A stretch of DNA of 32,000 nt from Puniceicoccaceae bacterium Marseille-Q1082 (GCA_904424815.1 CAJGBI010000001.1:391010-423009), one strand, 5' to 3'. Counted from the first letter of the stretch, positions 16,417 through 25,694 are shown. The notes: a model not told the origin generated them from the sequence alone. Numbers and translations: made by a program.

Positions 16417-16422
16417 CAACCG

Positions 16423-17310
16423 TTAGAAGTCGTAGCGGAGTTTTATTAGCCCTATATGCGAGAATAGGTTGGCCATCTCGTATATCCTGCACGAGTAGTC
16501 AGCCACCACCGTCATGTTTTTCGCAAACTTCCACGCGAATTCCGCGCCGCCCGCCTGGTAGTATGCGTTCCCGTTGTCTTCAAAGTTCACCCATTCGTAC
16601 TTGGGCGTGAACGAGAAGTCCTTCAGGAAGGAGATTTCTACGCCGCCGCCTACAATCCAGAGGAACGCCAGATCCTTGCTTGTTCCAAGCATGTCGTCGC
16701 CTTTGAAGTACTGGTACGCGCCGCCAGCGCCGCAGTTTAGGTAGGGCGTTATGACCACGTCTTCAGAGACGAAGAAGCGGTAGTAGGGGCGGAGCATAAG
16801 CGGGAAGTTCACCCTGTGCATGTCGTAGTTCGACGATATGCTGATGTATTCGTATGCAACTGGGACGGCGAGGTTCAGGCCCCATTTGTCGTCTGCCGAG
16901 GAGAAGGCGTTTATGCTGATTTCAGCCACCGCGTTGCCGCCCAGCTTTTGGGTGCTGTCGCTGCCGGTATAGAAGAGGCCGCCGCCGCCCATGCCGATGC
17001 CGGCCCAGTCCTTGCCGAATTGGGTGGTGTAGCACTTTTCCCCGGAGCCGCCCGCGAATACGGGGAACACGCGGAACCCTTCGGAGCATTTCGCCGCGGG
17101 GCAAGCTGCGGGCTTGGCTTCTTCTTTTTTAATCGCAATAGTTGCGGTTTCGCTTTTTACCGCATTGCCGGCGGGAGCCGTGGCAACGGGGCCGCCGTTG
17201 CGGATGTCGTCGGCAGTCACGCCGTCGAGGGCGCCCCTGTCGGCCTTTCTTGCATGGAGCGCCGCGGACGCCGCGATCGCCATAATGGAGAATGCCAGTA
17301 ATTTTTTCAT
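16423..17310 (-). CDS. Outer-membrane beta-barrel protein (295 aa)
   Basis: It has a signal peptide MKKLLAFSIMAIAASAALHA and alternating aromatic/Gly-rich beta-strand pattern. The C-terminal signature ...IGLIKLRYDF ends in Phe, as is typical of BAM-dependent OMPs. It is flanked on both sides by AT-rich intergenic DNA, so it is probably monocistronic. Confidence 0.7.
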   Translation of the reverse strand: MKKLLAFSIMAIAASAALHARKADRGALDGVTADDIRNGGPVATAPAGNAVKSETATIAIKKEEAKPAACPAAKCSEGFRVFPVFAGGSGEKCYTTQFGKDWAGIGMGGGGLFYTGSDSTQKLGGNAVAEISINAFSSADDKWGLNLAVPVAYEYISISSNYDMHRVNFPLMLRPYYRFFVSEDVVITPYLNCGAGGAYQYFKGDDMLGTSKDLAFLWIVGGGVEISFLKDFSFTPKYEWVNFEDNGNAYYQAGGAEFAWKFAKNMTVVADYSCRIYEMANLFSHIGLIKLRYDF

Positions 17311-17496
17311 ATCTGATGCAGTTTGTAGTTTATTTTTTTTTGCGCTAATTGGCGTTAACGCTTATTTTTATTTTGTGAGTTTTTGAAAATTATCAATAAA
17401 AATCGTCGCAGAATTGGAGAAAAGTCCGAAAATATTGTGGACAATCGGCGCGTACGGATGTTTTAGTATACAATAAATGCGGGGCGCAATTTGCTG

Positions 17497-17527
17497 TTGA
17501 CCCTTTCCCGAAACAATGCGATATATC
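17497..17527 (+). promoter_or_regulatory. Possible sigma70-type promoter for mreB
   Basis: TTGACC (17497-17502) is followed after 17-19 nt by GATATATC (17520-17527), about 20 nt upstream of the mreB ATG. An AAAGG purine patch precedes the start. This is consensus matching only, and the sigma-factor preferences of the host are unknown. Confidence 0.25.
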
Positions 17528-17546
17528 CACAAAAGGCAAAAAAGTT

Positions 17547-18563
17547 ATGGCAGGAATCAAGGAATTTTTCTCGAACGGCATAGGAATAGACCTCGGGACG
17601 GCTAACACGCTCGTCTACGCCAAGGACACGAACGAAATCACGAGCGAGCCCAGCGTCGTGGCGGTCTACAACAACTCGAAAAAGGTCGTGGCCGTCGGGG
17701 AAAAGGCGAAAAAGATGCTCGGCAAAACCCCGGGCAACATAACGGCCATACGCCCGATGAAAGCGGGTGTTATCGCCGATTTCGAGATCACCGAGATAAT
17801 GTTGCGCTACTTTATACAAAAAGCGGCAAAGAAGTGGAATTTTATAGCTCCGCATGTGGTGGTCGCGGTTCCGTCGGGGATAACGGAAGTCGAGCGCAGG
17901 GCGGTTCAGGAATCCGCGATTCACGCGGGCGCGCACTCCGTCTGCTTGAAGGACGAACCTCTTATGGCCGCCATCGGCGTTGGTTTGCCGATTGAGGAGC
18001 CTACCGCAAGCATGATTGTGGACATTGGCGGCGGGACGACTGAGGTCGCGATAATTTCTCTCTCTAACGTGGTGTATTCCAGAAGCGTGCGCACCGGCGG
18101 CGACGAGTTTGACAACTGCATAACCCAGTATATGAAGAGGGCGTACAATCTCATAATCGGCGAGCGCACCGCCGAGGAGATAAAAATCAACATAGGCTCG
18201 GCCTATCCCCTCGATAAAGAGCTCACTTGGGAAGTCAAGGGGCGCGACTCCGTCGCGGGGCTTCCAAAGACGCTCTTCGTCACATCTCAAGAGATCCGCG
18301 AAGCCCTTGCGGACTCTTTTAAGTCTATAACTGACGTTATTCACGAGGCTCTCGAACTATGCCCTCCGGAGTTGAGCGCCGACCTCGTCGACAGGGGCAT
18401 AGTGCTCGCGGGCGGCGGGGCGCTGATTCGCAACCTCAACCTGCTCGTGACGGAGGTGACGGGTATACCGTGCTTCGTGGCGGACGACCCGTTGCGAGCT
18501 GTCGTAAACGGAACCGCGGCGGTTCTTCAAAACTACGAATTTTGGACCAAGGACAACTCCTGA
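17547..18563 (+). CDS. mreB: Rod shape-determining protein MreB (actin homologue)
   Basis: The 338-aa ORF carries canonical MreB blocks: GIDLGTANTLVY, EPSVVA, GKTPGNITAIRPMKAGVIADF, VVAVPSGITEVERRAV, MIVDIGGGTTEVA, GGDEFD, GIVLAGGGALIRNL. Confidence 0.95.
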   Translation: MAGIKEFFSNGIGIDLGTANTLVYAKDTNEITSEPSVVAVYNNSKKVVAVGEKAKKMLGKTPGNITAIRPMKAGVIADFEITEIMLRYFIQKAAKKWNFIAPHVVVAVPSGITEVERRAVQESAIHAGAHSVCLKDEPLMAAIGVGLPIEEPTASMIVDIGGGTTEVAIISLSNVVYSRSVRTGGDEFDNCITQYMKRAYNLIIGERTAEEIKINIGSAYPLDKELTWEVKGRDSVAGLPKTLFVTSQEIREALADSFKSITDVIHEALELCPPELSADLVDRGIVLAGGGALIRNLNLLVTEVTGIPCFVADDPLRAVVNGTAAVLQNYEFWTKDNS

Positions 18564-18574
18564 CGCCCTTGCCG

Positions 18575-18677
18575 CGCGGGGTTTCCGGAGTTTCGGGGTA
18601 GGCTCCGCCGCCTTTCCCGCGGGTTCCGGAAAGTTCCTGCGGCGTCGGTCGGGCGGAGTCCACCCCGCGTTTTTTTT
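18575..18677 (+). promoter_or_regulatory. GC-rich structured segment ending in a T8 tract between mreB and mreC (possible partial terminator/attenuator)
   Basis: CGCGGGGT (18575-18582) is complementary to ACCCCGCG (18662-18669), which abuts T8 (18670-18677). Smaller local pairings also exist (CGGAG 18586-18590 / CTCCG 18603-18607; GCGG / CCGC just before the T-run). A second T8 tract lies at 18716-18723. No folding energy was computed. Confidence 0.3.
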
Positions 18678-18761
18678 GCGGGCGTCTGCCGGCGGATAGA
18701 CGGTCTGCGTTGTGGTTTTTTTTAATTTTTTGCGCCGGATTTCGGCGAAATTTTTCCGGAT

Positions 18762-19598
18762 ATGGAATGGCGAAAATATACCGCATTGCGCACCGCCGCG
18801 ATTTTCGCGGGGGCGGTTTTGCTCTGCCTGTTCGCCCCGTCCGCCATACGCTCTTTCGTATCGTCGGGCTTCGACGAATTCAGGGCGCCGATGGACTCGA
18901 TTCCGTCGCATCTGGCGGATCTCCAGAAGTATTGGAGCCTGCATTCCAACTCCAAGCGCGACCTCATAGAGGCGGGCCGCGACCTCGCGCGCCTCAACGC
19001 CGCCTACGAGCTCAAACTGCTCGAAAACGAGTCATTGCGCAGGCGTTTGGAGGGGCTCGAGCGGATAATGAACATTCCCTCCGACCAGAAGTTCAGGTAC
19101 GAGGTCGCGCGGGTGGCGCGGCGCGACGTGAACGCGTGGTGGCAGCGCATGGTGATACGCAAAGGCTCAGTCCACGGCATAAGGGAGGGGTGCGCGGTCG
19201 TTTGCGCTTCGGGAGTCGTCGGCAGAATCGCGAGCGCGGGAACGCGCACGTCCGTCGTCGAGCTCGTGAGCTCGCGCAGGTTCAGAATGGCTGCGCGCTT
19301 TGCGGGCGACGATCGTCCGGTGATATATTACGGCAGGGGCGGGGTGTCGATGCACGCGGCGGAAGGCGAGGTGTTCGACGTTCCGGCGGATATGGAGCCG
19401 ACGCTCAAAAAACCCGCGACTTTGGTGACGTCGTCGCTTGCGGGAACTTTCCCCGACGGCATAGAGATAGGCAAGGTGCGCTCGCTCTCGCTCGGGGCGG
19501 ACGGGATTTTCAAGTCGGGAACGGTCGAGCTCTCGCCCCGCCTCGATTCCCTCGCGGAAGTCGCCGTGCTGGTGCCTGTGTCGGAGGATTCCAAATAG
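18762..19598 (+). CDS. mreC: Rod shape-determining protein MreC
   Basis: 278-aa ORF downstream of mreB with an N-terminal TM helix (TALRTAAIFAGAVLLCLFA). A coiled-coil-like segment (LKLLENESLRRRLEGLERI) is followed by the beta-rich MreC core (GIREGCAVVCASGVVGRI..TSVVELV). Confidence 0.85.
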   Translation: MEWRKYTALRTAAIFAGAVLLCLFAPSAIRSFVSSGFDEFRAPMDSIPSHLADLQKYWSLHSNSKRDLIEAGRDLARLNAAYELKLLENESLRRRLEGLERIMNIPSDQKFRYEVARVARRDVNAWWQRMVIRKGSVHGIREGCAVVCASGVVGRIASAGTRTSVVELVSSRRFRMAARFAGDDRPVIYYGRGGVSMHAAEGEVFDVPADMEPTLKKPATLVTSSLAGTFPDGIEIGKVRSLSLGADGIFKSGTVELSPRLDSLAEVAVLVPVSEDSK

Positions 19599-19599
19599 G

Positions 19600-20127
19600 A
19601 TGCGCAGAGCCAGATACAGCCCGGCAATCGTGTTTTTTTCGGTCAACGTCGCCTATTTGCACATTTTGGCTACGGTCAATTCCGCGCTTTCTCCCTACGC
19701 GGCGCTTATATTGCCGTGCGTTTTCATAATAGGGCCATCGCTATTTCTCAGGGGCTGGCAGGCGGCGCTGGTGGTGGGCGTTTCCGCGCTTTTGTGGGAG
19801 GCTTCCACGCCCGTGCGCCCGGCGCTCGCCTGCGCGCTGTGGTTGGCGGCGGCGTTTTGCGTGCGCGCTGTGCGCTTCAGGTTCAGGCCGCTCGACGGGT
19901 TCTCGGTGTGCGCGCTCGCGCAGGTTGTCAACATCGCGCTCATATTTGCCTATTTCGCGCTTTTCCCGAACGGCTGCGCGGACTTTGGGGATTACGTTTT
20001 GAGGGTATTTGCCGATTCGCTCCTATCGGCGGCGGTATTGATTTTCGCCGCGCGGTTTGCGATACTCGCGCCCCTTTCGATTCTCAAATTCGCGGGGGTC
20101 GAGCTCAAAATAGAGGAGGACTTCTGA
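19600..20127 (+). CDS. mreD: Probable rod shape-determining protein MreD (small polytopic membrane protein)
   Basis: The 175-aa hydrophobic ORF starts 1 nt after the mreC stop and ends 4 nt before PBP2, which is the canonical mreD position. MreD sequences are poorly conserved, so the call rests on synteny and hydrophobicity. Confidence 0.55.
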   Translation: MRRARYSPAIVFFSVNVAYLHILATVNSALSPYAALILPCVFIIGPSLFLRGWQAALVVGVSALLWEASTPVRPALACALWLAAAFCVRAVRFRFRPLDGFSVCALAQVVNIALIFAYFALFPNGCADFGDYVLRVFADSLLSAAVLIFAARFAILAPLSILKFAGVELKIEEDF

Positions 20128-20131
20128 GGGA

Positions 20132-22075
20132 ATGGAAAAAAACGGGCAGTATTCAAACTGGAATCCGCGCATATCCGTATTTTACGCGGTGTTCGCGGCG
20201 GCGTTTTTGTTTCTCATGGGCAGCCTCGCCTACCGGCAGATATACCTCTACGACTATTACAGCGCGCGCGGCGAGCGCCAGAGCATGAGGCGTATCATCG
20301 AGCCCGGCGCGCGCGGCGACATCTACGACCGCAACATGAAGCTGCTCGTGGCCAACGAGCCCCGATTCTCCGCCGTCGTGTACTTCAACGAGATCCGCCG
20401 CGAGTTCCGCAAAGAGTACATGCGCCTGAAAAAAATCGAGCTCGAGAAGCGCGAGGCTTCGGGCGACGACAGCCGAATTAACTATTCGGAAATTTCGAGC
20501 CGCGCGCGCGCCAACGTCCTCAACGGGTACGTTGATCAGATAAACTCCATTTTGGGATCGGACTACAAGCTCACGAGCGCCGACTACAACAGGCACTTCG
20601 AGAACCAGAGGCTTCTGCCGTTCCCGATAATAAGGGATCTCAAGGGCAGGGAGCACGCGATTCTGGCGGAGAGGTTGCCCGTGGATTCGCCCATACAAAT
20701 ATATACCGACACCGCCCGCTACTATCCCTACGGGGATTCTGCCGCGCACCTGCTCGGCTACGTTGGCAGCAATTTCGACGAAATCAACACGGAGGGAATG
20801 CCGGGCGACGACCTCCAGACATTTTTCTTCGTCGGCAAAATAGGCAGATCCGGGCTCGAAAAGGCGTTTGATTCCAAATTGCAAGGCGCGAGCGGCGCGA
20901 AGATATGGGTAGTCGATCTGGACGGCTACCAGTACGACAACATCGTCGACGTCCGGCCCAAAAAGGGCTCCGACGTCGTGGCGTCGATAGACATCGATTT
21001 GCAGCAGGCGGTGGAGGACGCTTTCGGGGAGCGCAAGGGGGCGGCGGTCGCCCTCGACGTCAAGACGGGAGAGGTTCTCGCGATGGTAAGCCGCCCCTCG
21101 TACGACCCAAATCTCTTCAGCCCGTACATGACCTATAAAGTCAGCAACGAGATCACCCGCCGCGGCGCGTGGCTAAACCGCGCCACGCAGGGGCTCTATC
21201 CCCCGGGGTCGCCGTACAAGCTCATGACGGCGGTGGCGGGCCTTATGACGGGCGTCATAGACGAAAACACCGTCAAAACCTGCGAAGGCGGAATAAAAGT
21301 GGGAACGCGCATATTCCCGTGCAACAAGCGCTCGGGGCATGGAAACGTAAACCTCGAGGACGCGATCGCCCACAGCTGCAACGTGTATTTTTACGAGACC
21401 GCTTTGGAGGCGGGAATCGAGGCGTTGAGCTCCACCGCAAAGGATTTCGGCCTCGACTCGCGCACGGGCATAGAGCTGAAAGAGGACTATTCCCGCAGAA
21501 CCGTCGTCTCCGACCCCGCGTACAAGAAAAAGTATCGCCCCTACGACGGACCGTGGACGGGCGGCGACACCGCAAACGCTTCGATAGGCCAGGGCTACCA
21601 GCTGCAAACCCCCCTTCAAATGGCGTGCATGACGGCGTCCCTCGCGCGCGGAGAGACCCGCACCCGCCCGTCGATCATCCACGACCCATCCCGCGTCTGC
21701 GGCCCCGCCTACCACGGCGGCGAGAAGCTCGGCATGAAGCCGGAGCATTACAAGGCCGTCATCGACGGAATGAAGGCAGCCGTAGAGCGCGGTACGGCCC
21801 GCCGAGTCGCAATAGAGGGCGTTTCGATAGCGGCCAAAAGCGGCACGGCGCAGGTTCCCGTCAGGGGCGAAAAGCTCACCCTCGCGTGGATGGTCGCATT
21901 CGCACCCGTCGAAAACCCGCAGATAGCCGTGGCCGTCGTCGTAGAGGGCGAGGAGGAGGGCGACGCGGCGGGCGGGCGCACGGCGGGCCCGATAGCGAGG
22001 ACGGCGCTGAAAAAGTTTTTCGATTCGTCGGTTGCGCCGAGGGTCGCCGAAAATCCAGGGGAATCCGGCGGGTAG
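20132..22075 (+). CDS. mrdA: Penicillin-binding protein 2 (peptidoglycan D,D-transpeptidase, elongasome)
   Basis: 647-aa ORF with an N-terminal TM anchor (ISVFYAVFAAAFLFLMGSLAY). The transpeptidase motifs are present: SxxK (PGSPYKL), SxN (HSCNVYFY) and K(T/S)G (AKSGTAQ). It sits directly after mreBCD. Confidence 0.9.
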   Translation: MEKNGQYSNWNPRISVFYAVFAAAFLFLMGSLAYRQIYLYDYYSARGERQSMRRIIEPGARGDIYDRNMKLLVANEPRFSAVVYFNEIRREFRKEYMRLKKIELEKREASGDDSRINYSEISSRARANVLNGYVDQINSILGSDYKLTSADYNRHFENQRLLPFPIIRDLKGREHAILAERLPVDSPIQIYTDTARYYPYGDSAAHLLGYVGSNFDEINTEGMPGDDLQTFFFVGKIGRSGLEKAFDSKLQGASGAKIWVVDLDGYQYDNIVDVRPKKGSDVVASIDIDLQQAVEDAFGERKGAAVALDVKTGEVLAMVSRPSYDPNLFSPYMTYKVSNEITRRGAWLNRATQGLYPPGSPYKLMTAVAGLMTGVIDENTVKTCEGGIKVGTRIFPCNKRSGHGNVNLEDAIAHSCNVYFYETALEAGIEALSSTAKDFGLDSRTGIELKEDYSRRTVVSDPAYKKKYRPYDGPWTGGDTANASIGQGYQLQTPLQMACMTASLARGETRTRPSIIHDPSRVCGPAYHGGEKLGMKPEHYKAVIDGMKAAVERGTARRVAIEGVSIAAKSGTAQVPVRGEKLTLAWMVAFAPVENPQIAVAVVVEGEEEGDAAGGRTAGPIARTALKKFFDSSVAPRVAENPGESGG

Positions 22076-22189
22076 AAAGCCGCGCCGTTTTTCCGGAGGC
22101 TCCTACGATAAGGCTTGCCAAAATTCCCTTTCGGGGAGATATTTTGGGCCGATAATTTTCAACCCCCCGCGCGGAGGCGCATATTTCAT

Positions 22190-24106
22190 ATGAGCGACCC
22201 TATAAAACACGAATGCGGCATCGCCGTAATCAGGCTCCTGAAGCCCCTGAAATACTATCAGGAAAAGTACGGAACGCCGCTGTACGGCTTCAACAAGCTC
22301 TTTCTGCTCATGGAAAAGCAGCACAACAGGGGGCAGGACGGGGCCGGAATAGGCGCGGTGAAGATAGGGGTTCCCCCGGGCGAAAATTACATATTCCGCG
22401 AGCGCAACGCAAAGCCCAACGGGCTCGCCCAAATTTTCGCCGACCAGCTCAAAATCTACAACGAAAAAGTCAAGGCGGGGATAATCCACCCCGAATTTCC
22501 AGAGACTGTAAAGAGCAATTTCGACTACGCCGCCGAGCTGCTCATCGGCCATTTGCGCTACGGCACGAGCGGCTCGTACGATAAAAACACCTGCCATCCG
22601 TTCGCGCGCAAGAGCACGTGGCCCGCGCGCAACCTGATGCTTGTTGGCAACTTTAACATCACCAATACCAAGGAGCTCCAAGAGGCGCTGATCCAGCGCG
22701 GAATACACCCCGTGTTCAGCACCGACACGCAGGCGATTCTGGAGGAGATTTCCTTCCACCTCGACATCGAGCACGGCGAAATATACCGCCGCCTCCGCGA
22801 CAAGGGCGTTGCCGGCGAGGACATCCTGCGGATGATGAACGAGGAGCTCAGCCCCCTGCGCATAGTGAGCAACGCCGCCAAAAACTGGGACGGCGGCTAC
22901 GCGATAGCCGGCGCAATCGGCAACGGCGACGCATTCGTCCTGCGCGACGCCAACGGAATACGCCCGTGCTTCTACCTCAAAAACGACGAAATCATCGCAT
23001 TCGCCTCCGAGCGCGTGCCGCTCATGACGGTTTTCGAGGCGGACGAGTCCGACGTGAAGGAGGTTTCCCCGGGCAACGTGTTCGTCATAAAGTGCGACGG
23101 GACATCTTACGAGCAGCCGTACAGGCCCGCCGGAAAGAGGAAGTCGTGCACGTTTGAGCGCATATACTTTTCGCGCGGGAACGACCCGCAGATATACTCC
23201 GAGCGCAAGGCGCTCGGGCGGCTGCTCTGCCCGAAGCTCTACGATAGCATCGGAAGGGACTTCAAGAACAGCGTGTTCAGCTACATTCCCAACACCGCGG
23301 AGGTAGCATATTACGGAATGCTGCACGGCCTGCGAATGATCCGCCGCGCTCAGGTGAAAAAGGAGCTCGCAAAGGCGGCGGAAAGCGGCCGCGAATTCAC
23401 CGACGAGTTTCTGGACTCCCTGATTCTCGACAACTGGCCGCGCGGCGAAAAAATCGTGCACAAGGACATCAAGCTGCGCACGTTCATCTCGCAGGAGAAG
23501 GACAGGATGTCGCTCGCCTCGCACGTTTACGACATCACCTACGGGGTCGTGACCGAAAAGGACGCCCTCGTCTGCCTCGACGACTCCATAGTGCGCGGGA
23601 CCACGCTCCAACAGCAGATATTGCGGATACTCAGCCGCACCAATCCCAGGAAGATCGTCATAGCTTCCACCGCTCCGCAGATACGCTATCCCGACTGCTA
23701 CGGCATCGACATGAGCGAAATCGGCAAGTTCATCGCTTTCCAGGCGGCCGTTAAGCTTCTGAAAGAGCAGGGCAACTCGGAGCTGATAAAGGACGTATAC
23801 CGCCTGTGCCTCGCCCAGAAGGACAAGCCCGCCGAAGAAATTAAAAACTACGTAAAGATGATATACGAACCCTTTACGGCGGAGCGCATTTCCGAAAAGA
23901 TAGCGGAGCTCGTGCGCCCGCACAACGTGTCTTGGAACGGCGAGCTCGAGCTCGTGTTCCAGTCGATAGAAAACCTGCACAGGGCGATTCCCTCGTGCTC
24001 CGGCGACTGGTACTTTACCGGCAACTATCCCACCCCGGGCGGATACGCCGTCCTCAACAAGGCTTTCATAAATTATTATGAAAACCGCGAGGGGCGCAGC
24101 TATTAG
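22190..24106 (+). CDS. purF: Amidophosphoribosyltransferase-like class-II glutamine amidotransferase, long form (638 aa)
   Basis: The Ntn-type N-terminus MSDPIKHECGIAVIRL has the catalytic Cys after a short propeptide. It is followed by LLMEKQHNRGQDGAGI and GHLRYGTSG, with a PRTase-type block (VCLDDSIVRGTTL) in the C-terminal half. The track ORF starts at 22115. I prefer the ATG at 22190 because it gives the usual short propeptide before the Cys. Length resembles the ~630-aa PurF-like proteins of Bacteroidota-type genomes (from memory). Confidence 0.8.
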   Translation: MSDPIKHECGIAVIRLLKPLKYYQEKYGTPLYGFNKLFLLMEKQHNRGQDGAGIGAVKIGVPPGENYIFRERNAKPNGLAQIFADQLKIYNEKVKAGIIHPEFPETVKSNFDYAAELLIGHLRYGTSGSYDKNTCHPFARKSTWPARNLMLVGNFNITNTKELQEALIQRGIHPVFSTDTQAILEEISFHLDIEHGEIYRRLRDKGVAGEDILRMMNEELSPLRIVSNAAKNWDGGYAIAGAIGNGDAFVLRDANGIRPCFYLKNDEIIAFASERVPLMTVFEADESDVKEVSPGNVFVIKCDGTSYEQPYRPAGKRKSCTFERIYFSRGNDPQIYSERKALGRLLCPKLYDSIGRDFKNSVFSYIPNTAEVAYYGMLHGLRMIRRAQVKKELAKAAESGREFTDEFLDSLILDNWPRGEKIVHKDIKLRTFISQEKDRMSLASHVYDITYGVVTEKDALVCLDDSIVRGTTLQQQILRILSRTNPRKIVIASTAPQIRYPDCYGIDMSEIGKFIAFQAAVKLLKEQGNSELIKDVYRLCLAQKDKPAEEIKNYVKMIYEPFTAERISEKIAELVRPHNVSWNGELELVFQSIENLHRAIPSCSGDWYFTGNYPTPGGYAVLNKAFINYYENREGRSY

Positions 24107-24109
24107 GCG

Positions 24110-25660
24110 ATGGCGGCTGATTTTTCCTGGAATGGCGGGCGGGGCGCGGGGGTGTTCATGCACATATCCTCGCTGCCGTCCGAATTCGGCATAGGCAATG
24201 TAGGGTCGGCGGCGGGACGGTTTCTCGGCTTCCTTGAAAAGTGCGGGTTTTCGTACTGGCAAATCTGCCCCCTCGGACCCACTGGATACGGGGATTCTCC
24301 GTACCAGTCGTTTTCGGCGTTTGCCGGCAACCCGTATTTCATAGACTTCCCGGAGCTCGCCGCGGACGGACTGCTTTGCGGCGCGGACTTGGATCCGCTC
24401 AGATCCCTCCCGCGCGGCAGGTGCGATTACGGCGCGATATACGGGCTGGTTCCGCCGCTCTTGCGCAAGGCGGCGGCCAACTTCCGCAGTTCGGCGGGCG
24501 CCCGCCGAAAGGCGGAGTTCGGCAAATTCTGCGCCGCGCGCGCAAAGTGGCTTGGCTCCTACGCGCTGTTCGCCGCGCTCAAGCAAAAGTTCGGAGGGGC
24601 TCCGTGGCACGAGTGGCCAAAACCTTTCAGGTCCGCCCGCTCGGCGGCGAAGCAGCCGCTCGAGCGCGGGGATTTGGACGAAATTTTCGCCGTGAAATTC
24701 GGCCAGTGGGTTTTCTTTTCCCAGTACGCCGCTTTCCGCCGCCGCGCGGGGGAGGCGGGCGTGGAGATATTCGGCGACCTCCCGATATTCGTCTCCCTCG
24801 ACTCCGCGGAGGTGTGGGAGCGCCCCGAGCTTTTCGACCTGCGCGCAGACGGGCTTCCCGCCCGCGTGGCGGGCGTGCCGCCGGACTATTTTTCGGCGGA
24901 GGGGCAGCTCTGGGGCAATCCGCTCTACGACTGGAAAAATGCCGGAGACAAGGTTTGCGCCTTTTGGTTCGAGCGCGTCGGGGCCGCTCTCGAGATGTTC
25001 GACGTGGTGCGCTTCGACCATTTCAGGGGGTTCGCAGACTACTGGGCAATTCCCGCGGGCGCGAAGGACGCGCGCAAGGGGTCCATGAAAAAGGGTCCCG
25101 GAATCGGGTTTTTCGAGAAGCTAAGGCGGAAATTCCCGAGGGGAAAATTTGTCGCCGAGGACTTGGGGCTGCTTTCAAAGGCGGCTTTCGCCCTGCGCGA
25201 CGCGCTGAATATCCCGTCGATGGCGGTGTTGCAGTTCGCGTTCGGCGGAGGCCCCGAAAACCCGTACCTGCCGCACAACATAAGGCGCGAATGCGTCTAC
25301 TACACGGGCACGCACGACAACGACACTTCCTGCGGCTGGTACGCGAGCGCTTCCGAGGCGGAAAAGGACGAGTTCCGCAGGTATTTCCGCGCATCCGGCG
25401 ACTGCCCGAACTGGGACATGATCCACGGGGTGATGATGAGCGTGGCGCAGACGGCGATATTTCCCATGCAGGACATAGCGGGGCTCGGCTCGGAGTGCCG
25501 CACAAACACGCCCGGGGCGGCGGGCGGCAACTGGCAGTGGCGGCTGCTGCCGGAGCAGCTCGGGCGCGTGGAGTCCCAAAATCTGCCATACCTGCGCGGG
25601 CTGGTGGAATTGAGCGGCAGGCTGCGCCCGAGGCCCGCCAAAAAATGTGTTGAAATCTGA
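24110..25660 (+). CDS. malQ: 4-alpha-glucanotransferase (amylomaltase, GH77)
   Basis: The 516-aa ORF shows GH77 blocks: GVFMHISSLPSEFGIG, WQICPLGPTGYGDSPYQSFSAFAGNPYFID, GDLPIFV, GVPPDYFS..GQLWGNPLY, VRFDHFRGF, AEDLG, YTGTHDNDT. The start is 3 nt after the purF-like stop. Confidence 0.9.
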   Translation: MAADFSWNGGRGAGVFMHISSLPSEFGIGNVGSAAGRFLGFLEKCGFSYWQICPLGPTGYGDSPYQSFSAFAGNPYFIDFPELAADGLLCGADLDPLRSLPRGRCDYGAIYGLVPPLLRKAAANFRSSAGARRKAEFGKFCAARAKWLGSYALFAALKQKFGGAPWHEWPKPFRSARSAAKQPLERGDLDEIFAVKFGQWVFFSQYAAFRRRAGEAGVEIFGDLPIFVSLDSAEVWERPELFDLRADGLPARVAGVPPDYFSAEGQLWGNPLYDWKNAGDKVCAFWFERVGAALEMFDVVRFDHFRGFADYWAIPAGAKDARKGSMKKGPGIGFFEKLRRKFPRGKFVAEDLGLLSKAAFALRDALNIPSMAVLQFAFGGGPENPYLPHNIRRECVYYTGTHDNDTSCGWYASASEAEKDEFRRYFRASGDCPNWDMIHGVMMSVAQTAIFPMQDIAGLGSECRTNTPGAAGGNWQWRLLPEQLGRVESQNLPYLRGLVELSGRLRPRPAKKCVEI

Positions 25661-25694
25661 ATTCTCCGGCGTAAAACTCCGTTTTTCAAAAAAT

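Noticed and set aside
17333-17341. T9 tract (A9 on the OMP coding strand) 23-31 nt upstream of the OMP start codon, considered as a phase-variation switch
   Set aside because: It lies in a generally AT-rich promoter/5'-UTR region where such runs are common. There is no evidence for variability from a single sequence, so it is too weak to report as a finding.
17463-18344. 293-aa minus-strand ORF overlapping mreB
   Set aside because: It is exactly antisense to the highly conserved mreB gene, and its start lies in the mreB promoter region. It has no motifs of any family I recognise and looks like an antisense shadow ORF.
18710-19729. 339-aa plus-strand ORF overlapping mreC and mreD in another frame
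   Set aside because: It is extremely Arg/Gly-rich (RRRLRAQTARKR...), spans the mreC/mreD boundary and has no start context. The mreC frame has the expected TM, coiled-coil and beta-core architecture.
22103-25021. 972-aa minus-strand ORF, the longest non-annotated ORF in the track
   Set aside because: It runs antisense across two well-supported plus-strand genes (purF-like and malQ), including their 3-nt junction. It has R/A/G/V/E/L-rich low-complexity composition and no recognisable domain. Stop-poor antisense frames are an expected artefact of high-GC coding DNA.
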